From the IMG/VR virus record IMGVR_UViG_3300003937_000247: 64,000 bases of DNA. One strand, given 5' to 3'. Numbering within the stretch: the stretch's first letter is position 1; each line of letters opens with the position of its first letter. The translations under genes were made by a program, and so were the position numbers. The stretch comes from a virus. Below the pieces are notes generated by a model. The model saw nothing but the letters and a program-made list of their open reading frames with translations. It was not told the origin of the DNA and searched no databases. Of this stretch, positions 8,893-19,036 are shown piece by piece.

Positions 8893-9837
8893 ATGTCAGA
8901 ATTTCTATGGGTTGAAAAATACCGTCCAAGAAAAATATCAGAATGTATCTTAACCGAAGACCTTAAAAATACATTTATAAAATTTCTTTCACAAAAAGAA
9001 CTACCAAACCTTCTCCTTTCAGGCACAGCAGGCACAGGTAAGACTACTGTAGCACGTGCTTTATGTGAAGAGCTAGGTGTTGATTACATTATGATTAATG
9101 GATCAGATGAAGGTAGGCATATTGATACTTTAAGAACTACAATTAAAAACTTTGCGTCTAGTGTTTCTTTAGATGGCAATTCAAAACATAAAGTTGTTAT
9201 TATAGACGAGGCAGATTATATGAATGCTGATAGTGTTCAACCTGCGTTAAGAAACTTTATAGAGACCTTTCATAGTAATTGTAGATTTATATTTACTTGC
9301 AATTTTAAGAATAAGATTATACCTGCCTTACATAGTAGGTGTACTGTTATTGATTTTCGTATTATAAATGGTCAAAAAGTAAAAACTGCTACTGAATTTT
9401 TAGGTAGACTAGGTGATATACTTAAACAAGAACAAATAGAGTACGATAAAAGAGTACTTGCTGAACTAATACAAAGACACTATCCAGACTTTAGACGGAC
9501 TATCAATGAACTTCAAAGATATTCTGTAAGAGGTAAAATAGATAGTGGTATACTTGTATCTTTATCAGAAATTAATAACAAAGAGTTAATCAAGTTATTA
9601 AAAGAAAAAAGATTTGGTGATATGCGTAAATGGGTTGTTCAAAACCTAGACAAGGATCCTTCATCTTTATTTTCTGGCATTTACGATATTCTTTATAAAC
9701 ATCTTCAACCATCATCTATACCTGCAGCCGTATTAACAATTGCTGATTACCAATATAAATCCGCTTTTGTGGCTGACCACGAGATAAATATGGTTGCGTG
9801 CCTGACACAAATCATGGCAGAATGTAAATTTAAATAA
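8893..9837 (+). CDS. gp44: clamp loader large subunit
   Basis: LWVEKYRP, GTAGTGKT, IDEAD, SRC. Confidence 0.96.
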   Translation: MSEFLWVEKYRPRKISECILTEDLKNTFIKFLSQKELPNLLLSGTAGTGKTTVARALCEELGVDYIMINGSDEGRHIDTLRTTIKNFASSVSLDGNSKHKVVIIDEADYMNADSVQPALRNFIETFHSNCRFIFTCNFKNKIIPALHSRCTVIDFRIINGQKVKTATEFLGRLGDILKQEQIEYDKRVLAELIQRHYPDFRRTINELQRYSVRGKIDSGILVSLSEINNKELIKLLKEKRFGDMRKWVVQNLDKDPSSLFSGIYDILYKHLQPSSIPAAVLTIADYQYKSAFVADHEINMVACLTQIMAECKFK

Positions 9838-9856
9838 AGAGAGAGTAAAAGTAAAG

Positions 9857-9988
9857 TGGCAAAGAGAACATTATGGAGAGTAATGATAGTAAAATTAAGA
9901 ATGTGGTATGCTGATATAAGAGGACATCACGGACATAAATGGAACTACGAACCTTCAGAAAATTATATGGGCAGAAAACGAAAGTAGA
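9857..9988 (+). CDS. small basic hypothetical protein (not in ORF track)
   Basis: GTG start, MAKRTLWRVMIVKLRMWYADIRGHHGHKWNYEPSENYMGRKRK; fills the gap before the tRNA. Confidence 0.45.
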
Positions 9989-10064
9989 GCTGCTTTAGCT
10001 CAGCTGGTAGAGCAACTGATTTGTAATCAGTAGGTCCGCGGTTCAAGTCCGTGAAGCAGCACCA
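9989..10064 (+). tRNA. tRNA-Thr(UGU)
   Basis: Acceptor gctgctt/aagcagc plus encoded ACCA, D arm gctc/gagc, anticodon arm actga-tttgtaa-tcagt, T loop gttcaag. Confidence 0.96.
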
Positions 10065-10075
10065 GAAAGTATATT

Positions 10076-10474
10076 ATGATTGAGTATAAATTAAGTGATT
10101 ATTTGAATGCAATTAACTGGACAAAGGTTAATCTGCTTGATGGAGACGACCTAACTTGGGAAAAGAAATACCCACCATACGTAATAAATCGTTGTTTATC
10201 ACAACACGTGGACGCTATAATGATGGCGAATGAGATGAATTTTCACCACAGCCTCACTAAACGTCTGCAATTTCACTTCCTACTAAATACTATAAGAAAA
10301 CGAAAACGGTTTGGCGGCAAGTGGACTACTACTGCAAGACCTAAAAATTTAGAGTATGTGAAAGAATATTATGGTTATAGCAATACGAAAGCAAAAGTAG
10401 CCCTTGACATACTGAACAAGAAACAATTAAACTTTATCAAAGAGAAGTTAGATAAGGGTGGGAGAAAAAGATGA
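10076..10474 (+). CDS. gp62: clamp loader small subunit
   Basis: YPPYVINRCLS, ANEMN, EYYGYSNTKA; synteny. Confidence 0.92.
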   Translation: MIEYKLSDYLNAINWTKVNLLDGDDLTWEKKYPPYVINRCLSQHVDAIMMANEMNFHHSLTKRLQFHFLLNTIRKRKRFGGKWTTTARPKNLEYVKEYYGYSNTKAKVALDILNKKQLNFIKEKLDKGGRKR

Positions 10475-10935
10475 GTGATGAAAGTTTTGATTGGTCACCT
10501 GAGCAAATGTTAGAGGTTACACTCAAACAGCCAGATGACTTTCTAAAAATAAGGGAGACCTTGTCCCGAATAGGTGTCGCAAGTAGGAAAGACAAAACGT
10601 TATTCCAATCTTGCCATATACTACACAAACAAGGAAAATATTACATAGTACATTTCAAAGAACTTTTTGCTTTAGATGGCAAGAAGGCAACGTTAGTTGA
10701 GAATGATATTCAAAGACGTAACACAATTTCAGTTTTATTACAAGATTGGAATTTATTATCAATTGTAAAACCAGAAACTGCTGAAAACAAAGCACCATTA
10801 TCACAAATTAAGATTATTGCTTTTAAAGAAAAGAGTGAATGGAACTTACAAGCTAAATATAACATAGGAAAAAAACAATCTACTGAAGAACCAAAAAAAG
10901 ATGATTTTGTAGTTAAAAAAACATTTACTGAATAG
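10471..10935 (+). CDS. regA: translational repressor RegA
   Basis: DDFLKIRETLSRIG, QSCHILHKQGKYYIVHFKELF. Confidence 0.97.
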   Translation: MSDESFDWSPEQMLEVTLKQPDDFLKIRETLSRIGVASRKDKTLFQSCHILHKQGKYYIVHFKELFALDGKKATLVENDIQRRNTISVLLQDWNLLSIVKPETAENKAPLSQIKIIAFKEKSEWNLQAKYNIGKKQSTEEPKKDDFVVKKTFTE

Positions 10936-10944
10936 GAGTATATT

Positions 10945-11247
10945 ATGATTAGATTATACAGACTCACAACAGGTGAGGATGTAATTGGCACACCAGTTAA
11001 AGAAGACACAACGGATTCACTTCAAGCAATCAAAAAACCTTTTGTATTAATTCCAATGCAAGGTCAACCAGGTAAACCTATGCAAATAGGATTTCATCCT
11101 TATATACCTTATACAAAAGACGAAGTTATAAAAATTAAAAAAAATAATATTATTGTAGAAACAACACCAGATAATAATATGATGGATGCTTATGAGCGAA
11201 ATACAAGCTCATTAGTTACCCCTAAAAAATCAATCATCACACACTAA
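10945..11247 (+). CDS. conserved T4-like hypothetical protein (Sm-like fold possible)
   Basis: RLTTGEDVIG N-terminus, located between regA and gp43. Confidence 0.65.
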   Translation: MIRLYRLTTGEDVIGTPVKEDTTDSLQAIKKPFVLIPMQGQPGKPMQIGFHPYIPYTKDEVIKIKKNNIIVETTPDNNMMDAYERNTSSLVTPKKSIITH

Positions 11248-11276
11248 TTGACTTTTTAGTTTTTTTTTGATATAAT
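11248..11276 (+). promoter_or_regulatory. sigma70-type promoter for gp43
   Basis: ttgact-17bp-tataat; ATG only 5 nt beyond the -10, so possibly a leaderless mRNA. Confidence 0.75.
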
Positions 11277-11281
11277 ATATT

Positions 11282-13783
11282 ATGAATTTGGCAAGCACTT
11301 TTTATACAAACGTAATTGAAAACAAGGGTAAGCTCCTTGTTAGAGGAGTCGCTGACGGCAAATCATATTTAAGTCGTATCAATTTTAGTCCTAAACTATA
11401 CCTACCTACAAAAAATAAAACAAATCACAAAACACTAGACGGCATATATCTCAAAGAAAAACAATTTGATACTATATCAAAGGCAAAACATTTCTATAGT
11501 GAGTATAGTACTATACCTGGGTACAAAATCTATGGTATGAATAGATACAACTATCAGTACATAGCAGACACATATAGAGATGATATGCAATGGAAGAAAG
11601 ATTATATTAAGATATTCACACTTGATATAGAAACCGAGTGTGAGAGCGGCTTTCCAGATCCTGATACTGCAAAAGAGAACATTATCTGTATTACAGTAAA
11701 AAATCATAGTAATAAACAGATATTAACGTGGGGGTCTGGCGATTTTATTTCTAAAAAATCTAACGTGACATATGTAAAATGTCAAAATGAAAAACATCTA
11801 TTAATGGAGTTTCTAAAATTCTGGTGTAAAAATCATCCTGATATTGTTACTGGTTGGAACGTTAAATTTTTTGACATACCTTATCTAATGAATCGTATGA
11901 GATTTATATTTGATAACGATACGATCAATAAATTTTCACCATGGAATTATGTTAACGCAGACCGAGTACAACTCGGACAAAAAAATCAACAGTATTGGAA
12001 CATACTTGGTGTTTCCATATTAGATTATTTTGATTTATATAAAAAGTTTACATATACTAGACAAGAGTCTTACAGATTAAATTATATTGCTAAAGTAGAA
12101 TTAGGCGAATCTAAATTAGATAATCCATATGAAACATTTAAAGACTTCTATACAAAAGACTATCAAAGGTTTGTAGAATACAATATACAAGACGTTGAAC
12201 TTGTTGATAGGTTAGAAGACAAGATGAAATTGATTGAGTTATGCTTGACTATGGCATACGATTACAAAGTAAATTATAATGATGTGTATTCACAAGTTAG
12301 ATGTTGGGATACTTTAATCTATAATCATTTACTTAAAAAGAATATTATAATCCCACCAAGAGAAGACCAACAAAAAGATTCACAATACGAAGGTGCATAT
12401 GTAAAAGATCCACAATTAGGTTTACACAATTGGATTGTTTCATTTGACCTCAACTCACTTTATCCACATTTGATTATGCAATACAATATAAGTCCTGAAA
12501 AGTTTATAGGAGTTGAAACAAAATCAATTGGTGTAGAAAATTTTTTAAATGAAAAGTTAGATTTGAATTGGGCTCAGTCCAAGGATGTGACCATCGCACC
12601 AAATGGTGCTATGTTTAAAAGAGATAAGCAAGGCTTTCTTCCAGAGTTAATGGAGAAGATGTATGGTGATAGAGTTATATTTAAAAAGAAAGCAATAGAA
12701 GCTAAAAAAGAATTCCAAAAAACAAAAGACCCAATTTATAAAAATGAAATTTCAAGGTGTCATAATATTCAAATGGCAAAAAAGATTGCATTAAATAGTG
12801 CTTATGGTGCTATCGGCAATCAATACTTTAGATATTTTGATGTTAAACAAGCAGAAGCAATTACACTTGGTGGCCAATTATCTATTCGTTGGGTTGAAAA
12901 AGATGTCAATAAGTTTATGAATAAGATTTTAAATACAAACAATGTAAATTATGTTGTAGCATCCGACACAGATTCTATCTATCTTAAATTAGATACACTT
13001 GTTGAAAAGGTTTGTAAAGATAAAACACCAAAACAAATTACAGACTTTATTGATAAAGCTGCTGAAGACAAAATACAAAAGGTAATTGATAAAAGTTTTG
13101 ATAGACTTGCTAAGTATGTAAATGCTTATGGACAAAAAATGATTATGAAAAGAGAATTAATTGCTAATAAAGGTATATGGGTTGCCAAAAAAAGATATAT
13201 GATGAACGTATTTGATGAAGAAGGTGTCCGATATGAAATACCTAAACTAAAAATTATGGGTGTTGAAGCTGTCAAATCATCTACACCTGAAGTTTGTAGA
13301 GGAAAAATTAAGGATGCTATACGTGTAATAATGAATGAAAGTGAAGAAGTCCTAATTAAATTTGTAAATGATTTTAAAGAAGTGTTTAAAACATTATCGC
13401 CTGAAGAGGTTGCATTTCCTAGGTCTTGTAATAATCTAAACAAGTATAGTGATTCATCACAGATTTATAAAAAAGGATCCCCTATACACGTTAAAGGTTC
13501 ATTGATTTACAATCATAACATTTATAAAAATAAACTACAAAGAAAATATCCACTTATTAAAGATGGTGATAAAATTAAATTCCTAATGTTAAAACAACCT
13601 AATACAGTTAAAGATACTGTCATTGCTTTTTCTACAAGGATACCAGAGGAATTTGATTTACACAAATATGTTGATTACGATACACAATTTGAAAAAACAT
13701 TTACTGATCCATTAAGATTTATTTTAAATTCTATTGGTTGGAAACTAGAACGTGAAGCAAGTTTAGAAAGTTTTTTTGAATGA
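11282..13783 (+). CDS. gp43: family B DNA polymerase
   Basis: Exo DIET, SFDLNSLYP, KIALNSAYG, SDTDS, KKRY; C-terminal clamp-binding SLESFFE. Confidence 0.98.
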   Translation: MNLASTFYTNVIENKGKLLVRGVADGKSYLSRINFSPKLYLPTKNKTNHKTLDGIYLKEKQFDTISKAKHFYSEYSTIPGYKIYGMNRYNYQYIADTYRDDMQWKKDYIKIFTLDIETECESGFPDPDTAKENIICITVKNHSNKQILTWGSGDFISKKSNVTYVKCQNEKHLLMEFLKFWCKNHPDIVTGWNVKFFDIPYLMNRMRFIFDNDTINKFSPWNYVNADRVQLGQKNQQYWNILGVSILDYFDLYKKFTYTRQESYRLNYIAKVELGESKLDNPYETFKDFYTKDYQRFVEYNIQDVELVDRLEDKMKLIELCLTMAYDYKVNYNDVYSQVRCWDTLIYNHLLKKNIIIPPREDQQKDSQYEGAYVKDPQLGLHNWIVSFDLNSLYPHLIMQYNISPEKFIGVETKSIGVENFLNEKLDLNWAQSKDVTIAPNGAMFKRDKQGFLPELMEKMYGDRVIFKKKAIEAKKEFQKTKDPIYKNEISRCHNIQMAKKIALNSAYGAIGNQYFRYFDVKQAEAITLGGQLSIRWVEKDVNKFMNKILNTNNVNYVVASDTDSIYLKLDTLVEKVCKDKTPKQITDFIDKAAEDKIQKVIDKSFDRLAKYVNAYGQKMIMKRELIANKGIWVAKKRYMMNVFDEEGVRYEIPKLKIMGVEAVKSSTPEVCRGKIKDAIRVIMNESEEVLIKFVNDFKEVFKTLSPEEVAFPRSCNNLNKYSDSSQIYKKGSPIHVKGSLIYNHNIYKNKLQRKYPLIKDGDKIKFLMLKQPNTVKDTVIAFSTRIPEEFDLHKYVDYDTQFEKTFTDPLRFILNSIGWKLEREASLESFFE

Positions 13784-14559
13784 TAAAAGAGATTACAAAA
13801 TATGTTGCAACGGAATTTATTATGTCAAGGCATTACTCACCAGTTATGCCTAAACTTACTAAACATTATTGTGGTTATTATGTAGATGATATACTACAAG
13901 GCGTTGTAACTTTTGGTTGGGGAACAAGACCTAAACATACAATACAAAAATTGTTTCCAACATTAGATACAAGAGATTATTATGAAATAGGTAAGATGTG
14001 TATGGACGATAGTATGGGTAAAAATTCTGAAACACAAATGTTATCAAAAGTATTAACTTGGTTAAAACAAAATACTACAATTAAATTTTTATTTACTTGG
14101 GCAGATGGCCTAGTAGGTAAACCAGGTTATGTATATCAAGCATTTAATTTTTTATATGGTGGGTACATATGGACAGATACATATGTTACAGACAAGGGTG
14201 AGAAGGTACATCCTAGAACTATACAAAGTAAATTACCTAACATACATAATTACAAATATGGCAGTAGACCTAATCCAACACAATTAGAACAATTAAAATT
14301 AAGTAGAGTAAAAGGTAAACAGTTTAGATATATTTTACCTATGAATAAAAAAATGAGAAAATTTTTAAAACAAAGTACAGTAGATTGGAATTTAAATTAT
14401 CCTAAAGATAAAGATTTAATATGGAAGATTAAAAGACCTGGTGAATTATCATATACTTTAACAGATATAATGCCATTTAAATTAACAAAAGAAGTATATT
14501 ATAACAAAGACAATGTTGAAAGAAATAAAGGTGCAACGTTAGAAAGTTTTTTTGAATGA
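13763..14559 (+). repeat. 21-bp direct repeat bracketing the Mom-like gene
   Basis: ttagaaagtttttttgaatga at 13763-13783 and 14539-14559. Confidence 0.9.
13780..14559 (+). CDS. Mom-like (GNAT-fold) DNA modification protein
   Basis: RHYS, GVVTFG, YEIGKM, KNSET, TWAD...G.PGYVYQAFNFLYGG pattern of phage Mu Mom-like proteins. Confidence 0.75.
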   Translation: MIKEITKYVATEFIMSRHYSPVMPKLTKHYCGYYVDDILQGVVTFGWGTRPKHTIQKLFPTLDTRDYYEIGKMCMDDSMGKNSETQMLSKVLTWLKQNTTIKFLFTWADGLVGKPGYVYQAFNFLYGGYIWTDTYVTDKGEKVHPRTIQSKLPNIHNYKYGSRPNPTQLEQLKLSRVKGKQFRYILPMNKKMRKFLKQSTVDWNLNYPKDKDLIWKIKRPGELSYTLTDIMPFKLTKEVYYNKDNVERNKGATLESFFE

Positions 14560-15026
14560 AAAAATTTAAAGATAGTTTAGAAGATTTTTTTAAATGGGTA
14601 AAAGGAACCGAGTTAGTTGAGCTTGATGACATAGATGTAGCTGAGGATCCTATTAGACCTCAATTAACTTTAGGTTTTAGAATTACACACGGTAGAAAAA
14701 TATTTGGATTAAAATATAATGATGAAATTGAATCAATTGCTTGTATCGCATTTTGTCCTGAAGTACCTAATACAGTTAGAGAAATGGATTATATGTCCAG
14801 AGTAAAAGGTGGTAAGATTGCCATTGCATATACAGTATGGTCAAGGAAAAGAGGTGCAGGTAAAGAGATTATAAACAAGATAAGAGAGTGGATAATAGAA
14901 AAACAATATAAAAGATTGGTAACTTTATCACCATTAACACCTATGGCAACTCACTTTCATATTAGAAATGGTGCAAAACAGATACACATTAATGAGGAGA
15001 CACAAAATTTTGAATACAAGTTATGA
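14556..15026 (+). CDS. GNAT-like hypothetical protein
   Basis: YTVWSRKRGAGKEII resembles the acetyl-CoA binding loop; TLSP...A..FH..NGA. Confidence 0.55.
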   Translation: MKKFKDSLEDFFKWVKGTELVELDDIDVAEDPIRPQLTLGFRITHGRKIFGLKYNDEIESIACIAFCPEVPNTVREMDYMSRVKGGKIAIAYTVWSRKRGAGKEIINKIREWIIEKQYKRLVTLSPLTPMATHFHIRNGAKQIHINEETQNFEYKL

Positions 15027-15138
15027 AAGAATTAATTATATGGTTGATTGTGATACATTGGGGTTATGCAACAGGATCATATTTGGCTTGGAGAACTGAT
15101 TGGAGTATTGAAAAATTTTCAATTATTATATTATTGAT

Positions 15139-15690
15139 ATGGATATTAACAAAAAATATGGGGTGATATATGCGGACCCGCCATGGCATTTCCAAAATTG
15201 GAACAATGCTAACGCACAAACTAATCCAGAAAATCATTACCCTACAATGACAATGAAAGACATTGAAAATTTACCAGTAGGAAATATTGCTGATAAAGAT
15301 TGTGTATTGTTTATGTGGTGTACAGACCCATTATTACACAAACAAATACCTATAGTTGAGAAGTGGGGTTTTGAATACAAGACAGTAGGATTTACCTGGG
15401 TGAAAACTAATAAAGATAAAATGAAAAATTATTATTTTAAAGGTCCAGGTTATTGGACTAGGGCAAATGCTGAAATTTGTATTTTGGCAACAAAAGGTAA
15501 ACCAAAAAGATTAAGTGGTAATGTAGATAGATTAGTTGTAAGTGAACGGAGAGAACATAGTAGAAAGCCAGATAGAATCAGATCAGATATTGTAAAGTTG
15601 TGTGGTGATGTACCACGTATTGAATTATTTGCTAGACAAGAATGGGATGGTTGGGATTGTTGGGGAAATGAGGTAAATAAATGGAATTGA
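15139..15690 (+). CDS. MT-A70 family adenine methyltransferase
   Basis: YADPPW, LFMW, WGFEYKT, HSRKP, IELFAR, WGNE. Confidence 0.92.
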   Translation: MDINKKYGVIYADPPWHFQNWNNANAQTNPENHYPTMTMKDIENLPVGNIADKDCVLFMWCTDPLLHKQIPIVEKWGFEYKTVGFTWVKTNKDKMKNYYFKGPGYWTRANAEICILATKGKPKRLSGNVDRLVVSERREHSRKPDRIRSDIVKLCGDVPRIELFARQEWDGWDCWGNEVNKWN

Positions 15691-15715
15691 CTTTAGCGAT
15701 AACATATGTTATAAT
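15687..15715 (+). promoter_or_regulatory. sigma70-type promoter
   Basis: ttgact-17bp-tataat. Confidence 0.65.
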
Positions 15716-15753
15716 AATATATGGTTTTATATATTGGTTATTAAGAAAGTGGA

Positions 15754-17058
15754 ATGATGAAGTACCTAAATGATTATGCAGATGTAAATAAATTACCCAT
15801 AATGGATCAACAAACGTTTGAAACTATTACAAACGATATTGGTAAAGAACAATTTAGATTAGATTTAGCACAATACATTGCAGACAATAGACCAAAGTTT
15901 CCTTTAAAGGAGATTTCGTTTGAAGCAATGCGTCAAGCATTTAAAAGTTTACAGAAACAAGACGTATGGGAATATGTAAAACCCATAGAACAAATACATA
16001 AAAATGTAAAAGAAAAATATGACGATTACAAATACACTTTTAAAAAACACGGTCTTGGTATTATAGACGCACCATCTTTATACAATGACGTATCAAATTA
16101 TTTTCATCAACATTTAAGATTAAACTGTTCAAGTTATAGTTTTAAATCACCATTAGATGTATGGTATAATGGTACAGCGAAAGATATATGGAGATGTTTA
16201 GGTCCTATGTGGCGTGGTATTAATGGAATGAAACCAGTTACAGTTGGAGATAAAACAGAATTAAGAGGTGGCAGATTAGATGATAAGAGTTATGTATCTG
16301 CTTTTAGATTACAGACATATATTGCAACACAATTTAAACCTAATGTTGCGAAGACAATATATCAAATGACAAATGCTAAAAGAGTATTAGATACATCTTG
16401 TGGTTGGGGTGATAGACTTGCAGGTTTTTTTGCTAGTGACGCTGAAGAATATATAGGTTGTGATCCTAATCCAAATACTTACAAACAATATTTAAAACAA
16501 ATAGAAACATATAACAGTTTTCTAACTAGACCTAAAAAGGTAACAATATATAATTGTGGCGCTGAAGATTTACCTTGGAATGAAATTGATAATATAGATT
16601 GTGCCTTTACAAGTCCACCTTATTTTTCTACTGAAAGATATAATGAGGGTGGTGAAAAAGAAGAAAATCAATCTTGGAAAAAATTTGATGAATATTTTAA
16701 ATGGCGTGATGATTTTTATTTACCTGTATCACAGAAAAGTTTTGAGAGATCAAAACATACATTTATTAATATAATGGACCCTACAATAAAAGGTAAAAGA
16801 TATTATAGTTGTGATGAATTAGTTGGTAGTTTAAAGGATAACTTTGTAGGTCAAATAGGAATGAGAATTATGCAAAGACCTAAATCAGATAAGTTATTTG
16901 AAAATGAAGAAGAAAAAAAAGAGTTTATGAATCGTACTTACATTGAAAATATATGGTGTTTTTCAAAACCAGAAAAACAAAATCCTAATCATTTTCAATC
17001 CAATTTTCAGGAAAAATTAGATTACTTTAGGCACAGCAGAAGGGCAACGTTATTTTAA
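15754..17058 (+). CDS. DNA amino-methyltransferase (SPPY type)
   Basis: TQFKP, LDTSCGWGDR, GCDPN, FTSPPYF; same family as 1145..2230. Confidence 0.85.
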   Translation: MMKYLNDYADVNKLPIMDQQTFETITNDIGKEQFRLDLAQYIADNRPKFPLKEISFEAMRQAFKSLQKQDVWEYVKPIEQIHKNVKEKYDDYKYTFKKHGLGIIDAPSLYNDVSNYFHQHLRLNCSSYSFKSPLDVWYNGTAKDIWRCLGPMWRGINGMKPVTVGDKTELRGGRLDDKSYVSAFRLQTYIATQFKPNVAKTIYQMTNAKRVLDTSCGWGDRLAGFFASDAEEYIGCDPNPNTYKQYLKQIETYNSFLTRPKKVTIYNCGAEDLPWNEIDNIDCAFTSPPYFSTERYNEGGEKEENQSWKKFDEYFKWRDDFYLPVSQKSFERSKHTFINIMDPTIKGKRYYSCDELVGSLKDNFVGQIGMRIMQRPKSDKLFENEEEKKEFMNRTYIENIWCFSKPEKQNPNHFQSNFQEKLDYFRHSRRATLF

Positions 17059-17684
17059 TGGAAGTTGAATTAATTGATAAAATGGGAAGTGACCTATCAG
17101 TAGTAAATGCTGCTAGAGTTTCTTTCAATAAAAGAAAATTTGCGTGGGAAGAAAAAGATGAGAAGTTAATAAAATATTTAGCAGAACATAATCATTGGTC
17201 CCCATTTGCTCACGCCACATTACAATTCAGAATTAAAGCACCAATATATGTAGCAAGACAATTAGTAAAACATCAAGTTGGTTTAAGTTGGAACGAAGTG
17301 AGTAGAAGATATGTAGATCATAAACCAGAATTTGATATTCCTTTTATGTGGAGAAAGAGACCTGATAAAAATATTAAACAAGGCTCAAGTAAAGAAGAAG
17401 TACCTTATGACATTATGAAGTTAATAAAGGTTGCTACAGAAACTTATAATGATATGTTAGAGGAAGATATAGCACCTGAAATGGCACGTATGATATTGCC
17501 TCAAAATTTATTAACAGAATGGATATGGTCAGGCACTTTATATGCTTTTGCTAGAGTATGTAATTTAAGAGACCACGATAATGCTCAAGTAGAAACAAGA
17601 GAAGTTGCAATGGAGATTTCAGGAAATATTAAAGACCATTTCCCTATAAGTTGGAAGTATTTAACCGATGATAGAAATAGTTGA
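17058..17684 (+). CDS. thyX: FAD-dependent thymidylate synthase
   Basis: VNAARVS, HWSPF, RQLVKHQ, NEVSRRY, EMARMILP, AQVETR. Confidence 0.96.
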   Translation: MEVELIDKMGSDLSVVNAARVSFNKRKFAWEEKDEKLIKYLAEHNHWSPFAHATLQFRIKAPIYVARQLVKHQVGLSWNEVSRRYVDHKPEFDIPFMWRKRPDKNIKQGSSKEEVPYDIMKLIKVATETYNDMLEEDIAPEMARMILPQNLLTEWIWSGTLYAFARVCNLRDHDNAQVETREVAMEISGNIKDHFPISWKYLTDDRNS

Positions 17685-18268
17685 TTTAAATATTACAAAT
17701 CTATGTAACGCTAGATGTCCACAATGTCAAAGAACAGCACGGATAGGATTAGAAGTTTGTAGAGAATTACCATTAACAACGTGGTCATTAGAAGACTTTA
17801 AAAATAAATTTCCTGTTAATGGCAAAAGACATAGAAAAAATATGTCATTATATTATTAACAATTCAAAAGCAAAAATTATTATAACAACCAATGGTAGTA
17901 TTCGTACAGCTGAATTTTATAAAAACCTTGGCGACTATTGTGGCAGAAGATTGTCAATGGTCATAGATGTAGATGGTATTGATGAGCAAATGCACCAGAA
18001 GTATAGAAGAGGAACATCATTGAAAAAATCATTGGCTGCATTGAAAGCATTATCACAAACAAAAGCTATACCATTATCACAAACAGTATTATTTAAACAT
18101 AATGAAGAACATAAAAATGCTATAAAAAAATTATGCTTAGATAATGGTTCTCACTTCCACTTATCTTATCCATCAGATAGATTCCCTGAAGGTTATGATG
18201 AATGGTGGTTTATAAATGAAGAAGGTCAAAAAGAATCATTAGAGAAGGTTGTAAATGTCCACAATTAG
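17668..18268 (+). pseudogene. radical SAM enzyme, split by apparent deletion/frameshift near 17815
   Basis: CNARCPQC in ORF 17668..17859; the barrel continues (ITTNGS, DVDG, YRRG) in another frame 17819..18268; the intervening GGEP/GDP segment is absent. Confidence 0.6.
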
Positions 18269-18545
18269 TTGTAAATGGCGAGCCAAAAAAAAATGTATGG
18301 TTAATCCAGACGGTCAAGTTTTTCAATGTTGTTATTTAAAGGAAGACTTTCCTGTCAATCATTGGAGAACAGACCAGAAAGATGATCCTGTTATTAAACA
18401 ATATAAATTTGAAGATAACAATTTAAATAATCACAGTTTAAAAAGCATATTGAACAATGAATGGTTTACAAAAATATTGCCTGATAGTTGGAAGAATCCT
18501 GACACAGCGCCGAAAGCTTGTCAGCTAAATTGTAAGGAGGAATAA
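18255..18545 (+). CDS. SPASM/twitch-like Fe-S domain protein
   Basis: C...VNPDGQVFQCC...C.LNC directly after the radical SAM. Confidence 0.65.
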   Translation: MSTISCKWRAKKKCMVNPDGQVFQCCYLKEDFPVNHWRTDQKDDPVIKQYKFEDNNLNNHSLKSILNNEWFTKILPDSWKNPDTAPKACQLNCKEE

Positions 18546-18550
18546 TAAAT

Positions 18551-18904
18551 ATGATTATGGCAATATCTAAAGAATCATACCAAGACCTTAAAGCCTATTG
18601 GGACTATCAAAGATTAAGAGAGTATAACAAAGAACTTTTAAGGCACCGATTAAGCAGAGTAAAAGCTCAAATGTCTAATCATATGATTGGACCAGGTCAG
18701 TTAGACGCTAATGCTATGTTTGAAGATATATGGGTGAACGTACAAGATGAAGATTTAGAAAACCCATTACCAGGTTGGATACCACAAGAAGAAAAATTAC
18801 GATTCGAGTGGGAAGGTGAACCAGACAATACAGTTAAGTTGCCTAAATATAAGGGAGGAAGACCAGTAATATTGAGAGCAAGACCAGAAGATGTATGGGA
18901 ATAA
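18551..18904 (+). CDS. hypothetical protein
   Basis: ORF with aggagg RBS. Confidence 0.65.
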   Translation: MIMAISKESYQDLKAYWDYQRLREYNKELLRHRLSRVKAQMSNHMIGPGQLDANAMFEDIWVNVQDEDLENPLPGWIPQEEKLRFEWEGEPDNTVKLPKYKGGRPVILRARPEDVWE

Positions 18905-18965
18905 ATGCAGATTATTATATACAAACAACAAAAGTATATGACATACAATTTTCATAGATCAGAGC

Positions 18966-18994
18966 TTGACATTATCAGAAAGATATGTTATGAT
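18966..18994 (+). promoter_or_regulatory. sigma70-type promoter for uvsX
   Basis: ttgaca-17bp-tatgat. Confidence 0.65.
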
Positions 18995-19036
18995 TTAGGT
19001 ATAAAATATTATTGTATTAACTATCAAGGAGAATAA

